DNA of 64,000 nucleotides from Candidatus Heimdallarchaeum endolithica. Lineage in GTDB: Archaea; Asgardarchaeota; Heimdallarchaeia; Heimdallarchaeales; Heimdallarchaeaceae. The notes under the pieces were generated by a model that was not told where the DNA came from, ran no database searches, and worked only from the letters and a program-made list of their open reading frames with translations. This document shows positions 39,327-48,359 of the stretch, piece after piece; positions within the stretch are counted from its first letter, which is position 1, and the number at the start of each line of letters is the position of its first letter. Both the position numbers and the translations under genes were made by a program. The stretch covers positions 160,001 to 224,000 of the forward strand of contig CP084167.1 in assembly GCA_021513715.1 (NCBI GenBank), written 5' to 3'.

Positions 39327-40238
39327 GTGAAAGCTATGAAATTAAAAGAACTTCCAGATAGAGCACAGTTTGTAAGTGGAGACAGTGCATGTTCAGGTTG
39401 TATGGCTTCAAATATTGCAATAAATGTTATGCGCATTTTAGGGAAGAAAACAATTGTAAGTGTTCCTCCTTGTTGTCTAAGTGTTTTTGGAGGAACTTTT
39501 CCTAATCTTAACTGGGATGTTCCCTATTTTCATCTACAATTTGCAAATACTGCATCAACAGTCACTGGAATTTCAAGAGCATTAAAAGCTCAGAATAAGG
39601 ATGATATAGTAGTATTAGGAATGGCAGGAGATGGAGGTACAGCAGATATAGGATTACAAGCTTTATCAGGAGCTGCTCAAAGAGATGAAAATATACTATA
39701 TATTTGTTATAATAATCAAGCTTATGAAAATACAGGAATACAAGCATCAGGATTAACTCCTTATGGTTCTTGGTCGTCTACAACCCCTGTAAGGGGCAAA
39801 TCTAGAGGAAATGAATGGTTCCCAAAAGATATCCCAAGAATACTTATTGCACATGAAGCTACATATGTTGCAACTGCATCAACTGCTTTCATTCAAGACT
39901 TTATAAACAAAGTAGAAAAAGCAAAGAAGATGAAGGGGTTCAGATATTTAGAAGTCTTATCTGTCTGCACACCAGGATGGAAAGTACCAACCCATTTGGG
40001 CCCACAATTAGCAAAAGAAGCTGTTGAATCAGGTTATTGGTTACTGATTGAATATGAAAATGGTATAGTAAAAATTAACAGAAAACCTAAATTTAAAGGA
40101 TTAGAAGGATTTTTGGCAAAACAAGGAAGATTCAAGAATATAACTCCAGAACAAGTTGAAAAACTCAAGGAATATATTGATAGAAGATGGAAAATATATA
40201 GAGGATTAGAAAAAGCGACGAATCCTAAAGAAACCTAA
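39327..40238 (+). CDS. porB: Pyruvate/2-oxoacid:ferredoxin oxidoreductase beta subunit
   Basis: ACSGC, GDGGTADIG, YENTGIQ, CTPGW. Confidence 0.88.
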   Translation: MKAMKLKELPDRAQFVSGDSACSGCMASNIAINVMRILGKKTIVSVPPCCLSVFGGTFPNLNWDVPYFHLQFANTASTVTGISRALKAQNKDDIVVLGMAGDGGTADIGLQALSGAAQRDENILYICYNNQAYENTGIQASGLTPYGSWSSTTPVRGKSRGNEWFPKDIPRILIAHEATYVATASTAFIQDFINKVEKAKKMKGFRYLEVLSVCTPGWKVPTHLGPQLAKEAVESGYWLLIEYENGIVKINRKPKFKGLEGFLAKQGRFKNITPEQVEKLKEYIDRRWKIYRGLEKATNPKET

Positions 40239-40321
40239 GATAAAAATTAAGTTCCTAATATTATTTTTTTAATATCGGAAAAGAATAAATATGAGACTAT
40301 ATACAAAAATATAGGTGCTTA

Positions 40322-40684
40322 TTGTTGGCAGAATCAGTAGACACTGAAAAAGAGATTGAAGAAGTAAAATTGATCTTGAAAAATATGGTTCAATCAGTAA
40401 TTGACTTCTGTTCAAAATCTGGAAAAATAACAGCTTCAGAAAAAAGAATTATTAAAGCAATGAAAGAAGCAACAAAAGATCTTGAAGATGATATAATTGC
40501 TTTATATAAAGAGCAAGCTGATAATATTGAGGATATGACTTTACTCGATGTAGTAAACAAAAATAGAGCTAAAATACTGAACGACATTTATAAAGCTGCT
40601 ATTACTCCTAAAAGACATCTACTATCTAAAGAAGCACAAGAAGTAATTAATATGGTAGCCAACGACTTGTTAGGGCATGGATAA
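40322..40684 (+). CDS. Hypothetical helical protein
   Basis: 120-aa ORF with AGGTG RBS upstream. Confidence 0.6.
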   Translation: MLAESVDTEKEIEEVKLILKNMVQSVIDFCSKSGKITASEKRIIKAMKEATKDLEDDIIALYKEQADNIEDMTLLDVVNKNRAKILNDIYKAAITPKRHLLSKEAQEVINMVANDLLGHG

Positions 40685-40769
40685 TAAAATTTCATTATTT
40701 ATTCTATATCTTTTATACAAGAAGTTTTCCAAAAGAGAAAATTAAAAAACCCAGTGAAATCTTTTATTT

Positions 40770-40835
40770 GTTGAGAAAATGATTAAGTTACCCCTGTCTG
40801 AACTATGATGATAATTGCATATTATGATTCTCAAC
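40770..40835 (+). ncRNA. Box C/D sRNA (snR38/SNORD1-like guide)
   Basis: Terminal stem GTTGAGAA/TTCTCAAC; C ATGATTA 40779; 12-nt guide AGTTACCCCTGT; D' CTGA 40798; C' ATGATGA 40805; 12-nt guide; D-like ATGA 40824; T-tract follows. Confidence 0.78.
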
Positions 40836-40899
40836 TTTTTCTATTTTTACACATTTTAAAAGAAAGATATTATATAGATGCAAATTAAAAAAGATTCTG

Positions 40900-43890
40900 A
40901 TGAACTATTACAGTTGTACAAACTGTAACTCAAAAATTGAGATAGAATGGGATTTCTGTGAAAATTGCAGAGCTGAAATTATTAAATGTAAAATATGTTT
41001 TACACCCTTTAACAAAGAAGATTTAGCTTATCAATGTCCTTTTTGCAGAAGTCTATTTCACACTGATCATTTAGAGCAATGGTATAAAATAAACGAATAT
41101 TGTCCACATTGTAAAAAAGTGGAAAAAATAAGCGATTTTATTAAAATCTCACTTAGTTCATTTCGTGAATATAGATTTGATTTAGACAAAGATGGAAAAA
41201 TTGACCCTTCTTTACTTACACAGATGAATTTTCAAGGAGGTTTTTGGCAATCTCAGAAGTTAATTCTTGAAAAATTTGAACAAAAGATTAGTTCTGTTGA
41301 AAAGAAGTTTTACGTAGCGTCTCCTCCAGGTTCAGGAAAAACGATTGTGGGTCTTGAAATTGCAAAAAGGATAGCAAAGAACACTCTAGTCTTGACACCT
41401 AATTTTTCTACTCAAGAACAATGGATAGATAAAATAAAATTGTTTCTTAATAAAGAATCTAATATTATTAACACAATGATAGGTGCAAATGACCCGAAAT
41501 CAAGTGCTCCGATAACAGTAATGACCTATCAACGTTTTTCAGTTTATTCTCAAGATGAAGAAATGTTAATTCATTTTGCAGAACAGATGTGGTTAAAAGA
41601 TATAAATGAAGATGATAAAGAATTTATTGAATCCTTGAAAAAAAACAATTACGAAGAATATAGCATAAGATTAAATGAATATATCAATAAAATAAGACAT
41701 AAAATAATAAAAGGAGATTTTACATTTTCTGATATAAAAATTAGAGATATTCTACATAAAAACACTCTAGAAATAATTGATACACTAAAAAACAAAGGAA
41801 TTGGACTAATAATTTTAGATGAATGCCATCATCTTACATCAATATGGGCATATATTGTAAATTACCTTATTAAGGAATTTAACAGCCCTTTCATTTTAGG
41901 ATTAACTGCAACCCCTCCAATTGATATGAATACCGAAAGTGAAGAAGTAGGAATATATGAACTACTTTTTGGAACGGTTGATATTGAAATTCCTACTCCT
42001 GCGGCTGTGAAACAAAAAAACATTGCACCTTATCAAGATTTGTTATATCTCACCTATCCCCAAGAGGATGAAATAAGAGAAATAGAAGAAGAATTCAAAC
42101 CTTTAAGAAAACTTTTTTCTTCATTTAAATATAGAGATCTTAAAGGACCTCTTGAATTTCTTAAAGAAGAATATAAAAATAATCAGTTAAACACATTAAA
42201 AAAATATAAAAACGATGATCTACTGAATAAAATAAATCAACTTTTTGAAGAACAAGAAGAAATTGATCAAGAAATTTTTACATTAAATGAATTATTTATA
42301 ATTCTCCATTCTTACTACTGGAATTATGTTAAAAAACAAGAGAACTTCAATTCTAAAAAAACCTTGGACTATTATAATAAATTAGAGAGATTTTTCGAGA
42401 AATTTGTGAATGTAGAAGATTTAATAAAAGAAAAAGAAAAAACATTTAGATTTCTTAATTCTAGTAAATCAAGACTAAATGCAGTTGTTGATATTTTGGA
42501 GCACGAATTTTTACATTTAAAAGAGAAACTGCGTTCAGTCGTAATTTATGATTTTTCTGCAGAAAATTTATCGTTGAATATTCTAGAAAAACTCATTTCA
42601 AATTCAACAACTAATCAATTAGATCCAGTTTCTATCTCATCATCGTCAATATTTACAGATAAAGATATAGCCAATCAAATACTAAAAGAAAGTGAAAGAT
42701 GGAAAGAGAATTTTAAATTTGACATCAAACTATCAATCAAAGAAACAGAAAATAATAAAATCGTTCAAATCGAAGGAAATGGACTAGATTGGAGAACAGG
42801 AATATATACTCTTCTTTTTACTTATTTGCTTGAGAAGGGGATAACAAAATGTTTGATTGGTCCAAGAAACATATTAGGAGAGGGTTGGGATTCTGTTAAA
42901 TTAAATACACTTGTAGATCTAACTTCAGTATCAGCCTACCAAACTGTTATCCAAACTAAAGGAAGAGCATATAGAGTAGACGAAACAGATTACCTAAAAA
43001 TAAGTAATATTTGGGATATAGCAGTAATTGATCCTAGTTTACCTTTTGGACTTAGCACTTTTTATAATATACAAAGAAAACATGAACACTTTTATGGATT
43101 ATCAGAAGATGGTATAATAGAAAAAGGGATAGGTCATATTTATCCCTCAATTTATGAAGATATAAGTGAGATAGCAAAAGACATCAGTAAATTTAACAAA
43201 ATTATGATAAACAAGGCATTACAAAGAGAAAAAACTTATAACCAGTGGAAAATTGGAGAAAAATATGATAATGTAGAATTATTATCTTATGACTTAAAAT
43301 TTGAAGATAGAAACTTTATCATTCCTGTTGTGAATGATGCTTATGGAGTTATACGATATAAAAATTATGGAAAAAGGTTTTCACGCAAGGGGTATATAGA
43401 TTTTGAAGAGAAACTAATCACAGACTTACTATCTAATGCTTTTCAGAGTCTTATTCTATTAAATGAATATAAAATATCTCAAGAAAAGAAAAATGAAACC
43501 TTATCCTTAATAAGTGATGAAATAAAAAATGCAACTTTTAGTCAAAGAATGGGAAATTATTATCGTTTATTGCTTCCAAGTATTAATCCAAAAGTCGAGT
43601 CTGTACTAGATACCATGCTTATGCTTCAAAATGCGAATATTGGAATTTCAATTAAAGAGTTAACTGAAAATGGAACAATAATCAAGAATAGCAACAAGAT
43701 TGAAGAAACAATGCTTAAACAGTTAATTGTTTTTGGATTTTCATTCTTAAAAACTGAAGAAATTAATCAACTTCTGGTTATTTGGAATAGAGTAGTTGCA
43801 CTTGGAGAAATAATAAAAGAAGAAATTGTTCAAGAGAAAGAAAGACATAAAAGGATCTTCAAGGTAAATAAAAAAATAATATGGATGTAG
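40900..43890 (+). CDS. Zinc ribbon + RING-finger fused SF2 (DEAH/ResIII-like) helicase
   Basis: CKIC...CPFC...HTDH...W...CPHC; SPPGSGKT, DECHH, TAT, GEGWD, QTKGRAYR. Confidence 0.85.
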   Translation: MNYYSCTNCNSKIEIEWDFCENCRAEIIKCKICFTPFNKEDLAYQCPFCRSLFHTDHLEQWYKINEYCPHCKKVEKISDFIKISLSSFREYRFDLDKDGKIDPSLLTQMNFQGGFWQSQKLILEKFEQKISSVEKKFYVASPPGSGKTIVGLEIAKRIAKNTLVLTPNFSTQEQWIDKIKLFLNKESNIINTMIGANDPKSSAPITVMTYQRFSVYSQDEEMLIHFAEQMWLKDINEDDKEFIESLKKNNYEEYSIRLNEYINKIRHKIIKGDFTFSDIKIRDILHKNTLEIIDTLKNKGIGLIILDECHHLTSIWAYIVNYLIKEFNSPFILGLTATPPIDMNTESEEVGIYELLFGTVDIEIPTPAAVKQKNIAPYQDLLYLTYPQEDEIREIEEEFKPLRKLFSSFKYRDLKGPLEFLKEEYKNNQLNTLKKYKNDDLLNKINQLFEEQEEIDQEIFTLNELFIILHSYYWNYVKKQENFNSKKTLDYYNKLERFFEKFVNVEDLIKEKEKTFRFLNSSKSRLNAVVDILEHEFLHLKEKLRSVVIYDFSAENLSLNILEKLISNSTTNQLDPVSISSSSIFTDKDIANQILKESERWKENFKFDIKLSIKETENNKIVQIEGNGLDWRTGIYTLLFTYLLEKGITKCLIGPRNILGEGWDSVKLNTLVDLTSVSAYQTVIQTKGRAYRVDETDYLKISNIWDIAVIDPSLPFGLSTFYNIQRKHEHFYGLSEDGIIEKGIGHIYPSIYEDISEIAKDISKFNKIMINKALQREKTYNQWKIGEKYDNVELLSYDLKFEDRNFIIPVVNDAYGVIRYKNYGKRFSRKGYIDFEEKLITDLLSNAFQSLILLNEYKISQEKKNETLSLISDEIKNATFSQRMGNYYRLLLPSINPKVESVLDTMLMLQNANIGISIKELTENGTIIKNSNKIEETMLKQLIVFGFSFLKTEEINQLLVIWNRVVALGEIIKEEIVQEKERHKRIFKVNKKIIWM

Positions 43891-43894
43891 AGAA

Positions 43895-45397
43895 ATGGAA
43901 AGTAAAAAAAGAAATCAACTTATCTCTAAAAAGAGGAAAGAAGTTAGAGTAAAAACTAACAATTTCATAAAAAAAGGAGGAGTTGAAGATTACAACTTTT
44001 ATTCCAAAAATATTTCATATAATCAAAGAGAATTATTAATAGATTTTCTTAATTGGAAGATAAAAAATCAAAGGGAGATTATTTTTGATGGCTACTACTC
44101 CAGAAACACAAAAAATGATGATAGTAATCAAGAAACACTTTCTGATTTGTATCCTCTTAATAGAACAACTGACACAAAGAAAATATTAGAAGAGACATTT
44201 ACAATATGGAGTTTTATTTTTCCTAATATCTTCCTTTTAGGTTTCTCATCTCTACTTAATTTTCTTATTCTCTGCTCATTTTCTAGAGCTGAAAGTAGCA
44301 CTCAATCATCTTTAGTTTCAACATGGTTATATATATTTATGTTCGCATTTTACCCTATATTCTCTTTTCTAATTGGTTATGAAGCCTTTAAATTACTATT
44401 TTATTTATTAAAAAAATCTGTTGATAGAACTAGGCATCAGAATTTTAGAATCGAAAACAGTGCTCAAGCAATAGGTATTTTAATATTGATGGTTCTTTCA
44501 CCCGTTCTGCTTTATGTCTCTTTCAATAAGAATATAAATCTAACAACTGCATATTACGCTACTTTCATACTTATTTTAGCTAGTTCTTTTTTCCCTATCA
44601 TCCTCATTTTTTCATATTTTATTGTAACAAGACTAGTAGAAACTTCAAAAAACAAGAAAAATATAAAAGCAATATTCTCAAAATTAAAAGAAAAAGAGGA
44701 ACTACCTGAAGAATGGAATTTATCTCAAGTTTCTTTTGGTAATAAAAAAGAAATGTTTTACAAAGTCCCTCGCAGAGAAGTTAAATGGAAAAAACTTTTA
44801 CAACCTTTTTACTTTAAAGATTACGAAAACAACTATGAAAAATTTCTAAACTTCAAGTATTTCACTTCTTATAAACAAAGAACAAAAATCAAAGAAGATT
44901 TGAAAAAAGATTACAAGTATTTTGCCCTGATTTTAGGTAGTCTAATTGTCCTAATTGTTTCTGTAGTCTTTTTTGTTATTTACTTTTGGGAAGAAAATTA
45001 CACCTATAAGCTCATAGTTCTCTATCTGTTGTTCAGTTTTATAATAGAAGCAATGATAAAAACAGAACAAGTCTTTTTTGACGATCTTTACATGAGCTCA
45101 ATAAATGATGTACTAAAAAAAGAATATGTAGTTAAATGGAAAATCATAGATAATCATTTATTCATACTAACAACGAAAAACAAGGTTCTAAAATCAACAC
45201 CGATAATAAAAATAAAAAGCATAAAATCAGACTTAGTCATGCCTGAAATTTTTCTTAACAAAAATCAAGAAATGTCTTTAGAGATTACTTTTGAAAATTC
45301 TCGAAAGTTTATACTATTTGGATATAAAAAAGAACGATTAGAAGGTATTAGAAAAAAAGTCATTAAGTTAAAAAATAAGGTATCTAGCTTGAGTTAA
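43895..45397 (+). CDS. Multi-pass membrane protein, possible C-terminal PH-like domain
   Basis: About 6 TM segments; starts 4 bp after helicase stop. Confidence 0.65.
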   Translation: MESKKRNQLISKKRKEVRVKTNNFIKKGGVEDYNFYSKNISYNQRELLIDFLNWKIKNQREIIFDGYYSRNTKNDDSNQETLSDLYPLNRTTDTKKILEETFTIWSFIFPNIFLLGFSSLLNFLILCSFSRAESSTQSSLVSTWLYIFMFAFYPIFSFLIGYEAFKLLFYLLKKSVDRTRHQNFRIENSAQAIGILILMVLSPVLLYVSFNKNINLTTAYYATFILILASSFFPIILIFSYFIVTRLVETSKNKKNIKAIFSKLKEKEELPEEWNLSQVSFGNKKEMFYKVPRREVKWKKLLQPFYFKDYENNYEKFLNFKYFTSYKQRTKIKEDLKKDYKYFALILGSLIVLIVSVVFFVIYFWEENYTYKLIVLYLLFSFIIEAMIKTEQVFFDDLYMSSINDVLKKEYVVKWKIIDNHLFILTTKNKVLKSTPIIKIKSIKSDLVMPEIFLNKNQEMSLEITFENSRKFILFGYKKERLEGIRKKVIKLKNKVSSLS

Positions 45398-46100
45398 GAA
45401 CATAAGGTATTTTATTCATTATTCTTAATTCCTTTTTTTCTGGAGAAAAAGCGCACCTTACAGCTATTATTTTTACTCCTCCTTTTGAACTTTCAACTAG
45501 TTCATTAGCAAAATTTCTATCACGTTTCCAATTAGGACTAAAACTCTTAGCATCTGATCTTTTTACTATAAAAACAATAAAAGCTTCATATTTTTTTTCT
45601 TGAACTGCTTTTTCAAGTTCTTTTAAGTGTTTTACTCCTCTCCTTGTCGGGGCATCAGGAAAAAAAGCAATGTTTTTTTCCACTAATGTTACGCTTTTTA
45701 CTTCAACTAAAGCTTGCTTATTTTCTTTTAAATTTTCTAGTAAAAAATCAATTCTACTATCACCAAAACTAAATTCACTCTTAAGAATCTTATAGTTTTG
45801 GAAATCTTTGATTTTACTCATGTCAGATTGAAAGAGTTTGTTACTAACCTGTGAATCAATGTTTACCCAAGTGCTGTTTTCTGCTTTAACACCAATTAGA
45901 GAATATTTTGTTTTTCTATTCATCCTAGTCTCTTTTCTTACAAAGACTTCAACACCAGGTAAAAGCAATTCTTTTAATCGTCCAGGATCTGGAACGTGGC
46001 AATACTCAACTTTTTCATTAGAGTAGAGTTCTATTTTAGCTAAAAATCTGTTAGGCCTATCTAGAAATCTAGCATAAGTATATTCTCCTTCTATTATCAT
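45384..46100 (-). CDS. sfsA: DNA/RNA nuclease SfsA
   Basis: RPNRF, DPGRLKEL, SRIDF, EVKSVTL, FPDAPTRRGVKHL. Confidence 0.93.
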   Translation of the reverse strand: MIIEGEYTYARFLDRPNRFLAKIELYSNEKVEYCHVPDPGRLKELLLPGVEVFVRKETRMNRKTKYSLIGVKAENSTWVNIDSQVSNKLFQSDMSKIKDFQNYKILKSEFSFGDSRIDFLLENLKENKQALVEVKSVTLVEKNIAFFPDAPTRRGVKHLKELEKAVQEKKYEAFIVFIVKRSDAKSFSPNWKRDRNFANELVESSKGGVKIIAVRCAFSPEKKELRIMNKIPYVLNSS

Positions 46101-46221
46101 TATTGAGGAGAGAGTTATTTAAAAACTATTAATGTTTTTGGTAAAAAAACCTAAAACCTTAATATTTGTCCGACAAAAAAATAGAAAGAAATAAAAAGAG
46201 ATAATTATTTTTATACTTAAG

Positions 46222-46250
46222 GAAGATTCAACTTAGTTGAGTCTTCTTTT
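46222..46250. terminator. Hairpin with T-tract between histone gene and sfsA
   Basis: GAAGATTCAAC-TTA-GTTGAGTCTTC then TTTT. Confidence 0.35.
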
Positions 46251-46275
46251 TCCCTATCAAATCTTGTCGAGAATT

Positions 46276-46479
46276 TTATACATCTCTAGCAGAGAGTGTC
46301 TTTCTGTTGTTAGCCTTTGTTCTTTCAGCAGCAGATTGAATCAATCCAGCTACTTCAGTATTGAGTGCCTCAATAAAGTCTGAACTCATTTGGAATTCTC
46401 CAAGGCTCTTAACATATTCTCGAACTTTTGATTTGACGATAAGGATATCAGCTTTTGATGCAGTCTTCTTTTTCGCCAT
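46276..46479 (-). CDS. Histone-fold protein (truncated-alpha3 type) with short Lys-rich N-tail
   Basis: LIVKSKVREYVK...RKTLSARDV; tail AKKKTASK; strong AGGAGG RBS. Confidence 0.88.
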   Translation of the reverse strand: MAKKKTASKADILIVKSKVREYVKSLGEFQMSSDFIEALNTEVAGLIQSAAERTKANNRKTLSARDV

Positions 46480-46505
46480 AGTTCTAACCTCCTAAAAGGT
46501 TCAAG

Positions 46506-46540
46506 TACTAGTTATAAAAGAACTAGTATTTAAACTTTAG
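46506..46540 (-). promoter_or_regulatory. Histone promoter: TTTAAATA box plus palindrome TACTAGTT-N7-AACTAGTA
   Basis: Perfect 8-bp arms at 46506-46513 and 46521-46528, immediately downstream of the TATA-like box. Confidence 0.45.
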
Positions 46541-46724
46541 TCTAAAATTAAAGAAAAAAACCTCTAAGTTAATCCTATAACTTGTCTGAATCTAAATAGT
46601 AATCTAACCGCTTGTAATTAATAAAGAAAGTAATAGCGCGTCTAGATGGAAAATATCGAAATATAAGGTTTTGAACGTGACTTTTAATAGTATTTCTAGA
46701 AAAGAGATTATAAAAAAGATTTTT

Positions 46725-47921
46725 CTAAAATCGAGTATTTACAAAAACAATTGGGTCTTCAGGCTGCTCTTTATCCTTTAATTCTTCGATTTTAGTAATC
46801 ATTGTTCTTATATCTTCTTCTCTAATATCTCTTCCACCCAACCCTGCAATAAAGTTTATTATAGGAATATTAAGACCATATAGTGCGTTTCTGACTTCAG
46901 CAAAAAACTGTCCTGTTGATCCATAAGACAAACTTCTATCAAAAACTCCAATTGCTTTCTTATCTTTCAAGGCTTCTCTTATTTCTTCAAAGGGGAAAGG
47001 TCTGAAGAACCTGATTTTAAGAAGACCTATCTTTATTCCTTTTTCTCTTAATTCATCAACTACTGTCCTTGCTGTTCCTGTTGTTGACCCCACAACTGTT
47101 AAGGCTATTTCAGCGTCTTCTAACTTGTAAACATCTACTAATCCTCCATAATTTCGTCCGAATCTTTTTGCGAATTCTTCATTTACTTCTTGAATGACGC
47201 TTTTTGCTTTTCTCATTGCCATATGCATTTGATATTTGGCTTCCATGTGATAAGCTGGAGGAACAATTATTCCTTGAGCTAAAGGTCTTTCTATATCCAA
47301 ATAAGCATGCTCAGGTTTATAAGGAGGAAGAAACTCATCAACTTCTTTTTCTCCCAAAATTTCAACAGTATCAGAAGTGTGGGTAAGAATATATCCATCA
47401 CCACAGACCATTATTGGGAGTAATACATCCTTATTTTCAGCAATTTTGTAAGCTTGAATAATCATATCAAAAACTTCCTGATTATCCTCAACATAAACTT
47501 GAAGCCAAGCAGTATCTCGTTCAGGCATAGTGTCTGAATATTCAGGCCAGATACCCCCAGGACTCATGAGTGTACGGTTAGCTACAAACATCACAACAGG
47601 TAAACGCATTCCACCAGTAGCAGCTACTACTTCATGCATATAAGCTAAACCTTGAGAAGCAGTTGCAGTAAAAGTTCGAACTCCTGTACCTTGTGCTGCT
47701 GCTACAACAGTCATTGCACTATGTTCAGACTCTACTCTAACATATTCAGCATCAAGATCACCTGAAGCACAGTAATCAGCAAGGTATTCAACGATCGTTG
47801 TTTGAGGAGATATAGGATAAGCAGCAATAACTTTTGGTTTTGCACGAACAGCTGCTAAAGCTACTGCTTGATTTGCTGTAATCATATCTTTATAGGTCTC
47901 TTTTTTGAGCATGCTAAACAA
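46725..47921 (-). CDS. porA: Pyruvate/2-oxoacid:ferredoxin oxidoreductase alpha subunit
   Basis: AAYPISPQT, ESEHSA, TATASQGL, GLGGRD. Confidence 0.9.
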   Translation of the reverse strand: MFSMLKKETYKDMITANQAVALAAVRAKPKVIAAYPISPQTTIVEYLADYCASGDLDAEYVRVESEHSAMTVVAAAQGTGVRTFTATASQGLAYMHEVVAATGGMRLPVVMFVANRTLMSPGGIWPEYSDTMPERDTAWLQVYVEDNQEVFDMIIQAYKIAENKDVLLPIMVCGDGYILTHTSDTVEILGEKEVDEFLPPYKPEHAYLDIERPLAQGIIVPPAYHMEAKYQMHMAMRKAKSVIQEVNEEFAKRFGRNYGGLVDVYKLEDAEIALTVVGSTTGTARTVVDELREKGIKIGLLKIRFFRPFPFEEIREALKDKKAIGVFDRSLSYGSTGQFFAEVRNALYGLNIPIINFIAGLGGRDIREEDIRTMITKIEELKDKEQPEDPIVFVNTRF

Positions 47922-48122
47922 AAAAAAGACAATTATTTATTAAAGTTCACTATACAACTCTATTTTTATATAAGTAATTCTAGTCAAAAAAAAACTTACA
48001 CAATCTTCATCCTTATAATTAGAAATAATATCATTCAAGATAACAATATTCAAAACAATAAATAAAAACAATAACAAAAATAGAAACAAAACAAATAAAA
48101 TTTTGAAAGATAATACAAAAAA

Positions 48123-48266
48123 CTACTCTTCTTCTTTAGGTTTTGTCGGGATTTTACCTTCCAACTTTTTAGCTATTTCATCTACATCTGAACTTGATTC
48201 CCCAGTTTTTTCAAGTAATTCTTTTTTCAATTCTGGATCCATTTTTCTATCTTCTTCTTCTGACAT
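48123..48266 (-). CDS. Small charged protein (47 aa) below ORF-track cutoff
   Basis: MSEEEDRKMDPELKKELLEKTGESSSDVDEIAKKLEGKIPTKPKEEE; GAGTGG RBS-like upstream; genome-typical codon usage. Confidence 0.6.
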   Translation of the reverse strand: MSEEEDRKMDPELKKELLEKTGESSSDVDEIAKKLEGKIPTKPKEEE

Positions 48267-48359
48267 TTTAACCACTCAAGAATTCTTTAATTTATAGAGA
48301 GTTTTAAAAAATAAAAAGATTGTGTTTGTTCTAGCATATTTTTTCCTAATTAGTTAAAA

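Noticed and set aside
46222-46246. Metazoan-type histone mRNA 3' stem-loop
   Set aside because: Stem length and sequence do not match; pairing is better on the non-coding strand
48123-48266. Pup/UBact-like modifier
   Set aside because: Lacks a C-terminal GGE/GGQ/GE motif, and no ligase gene nearby
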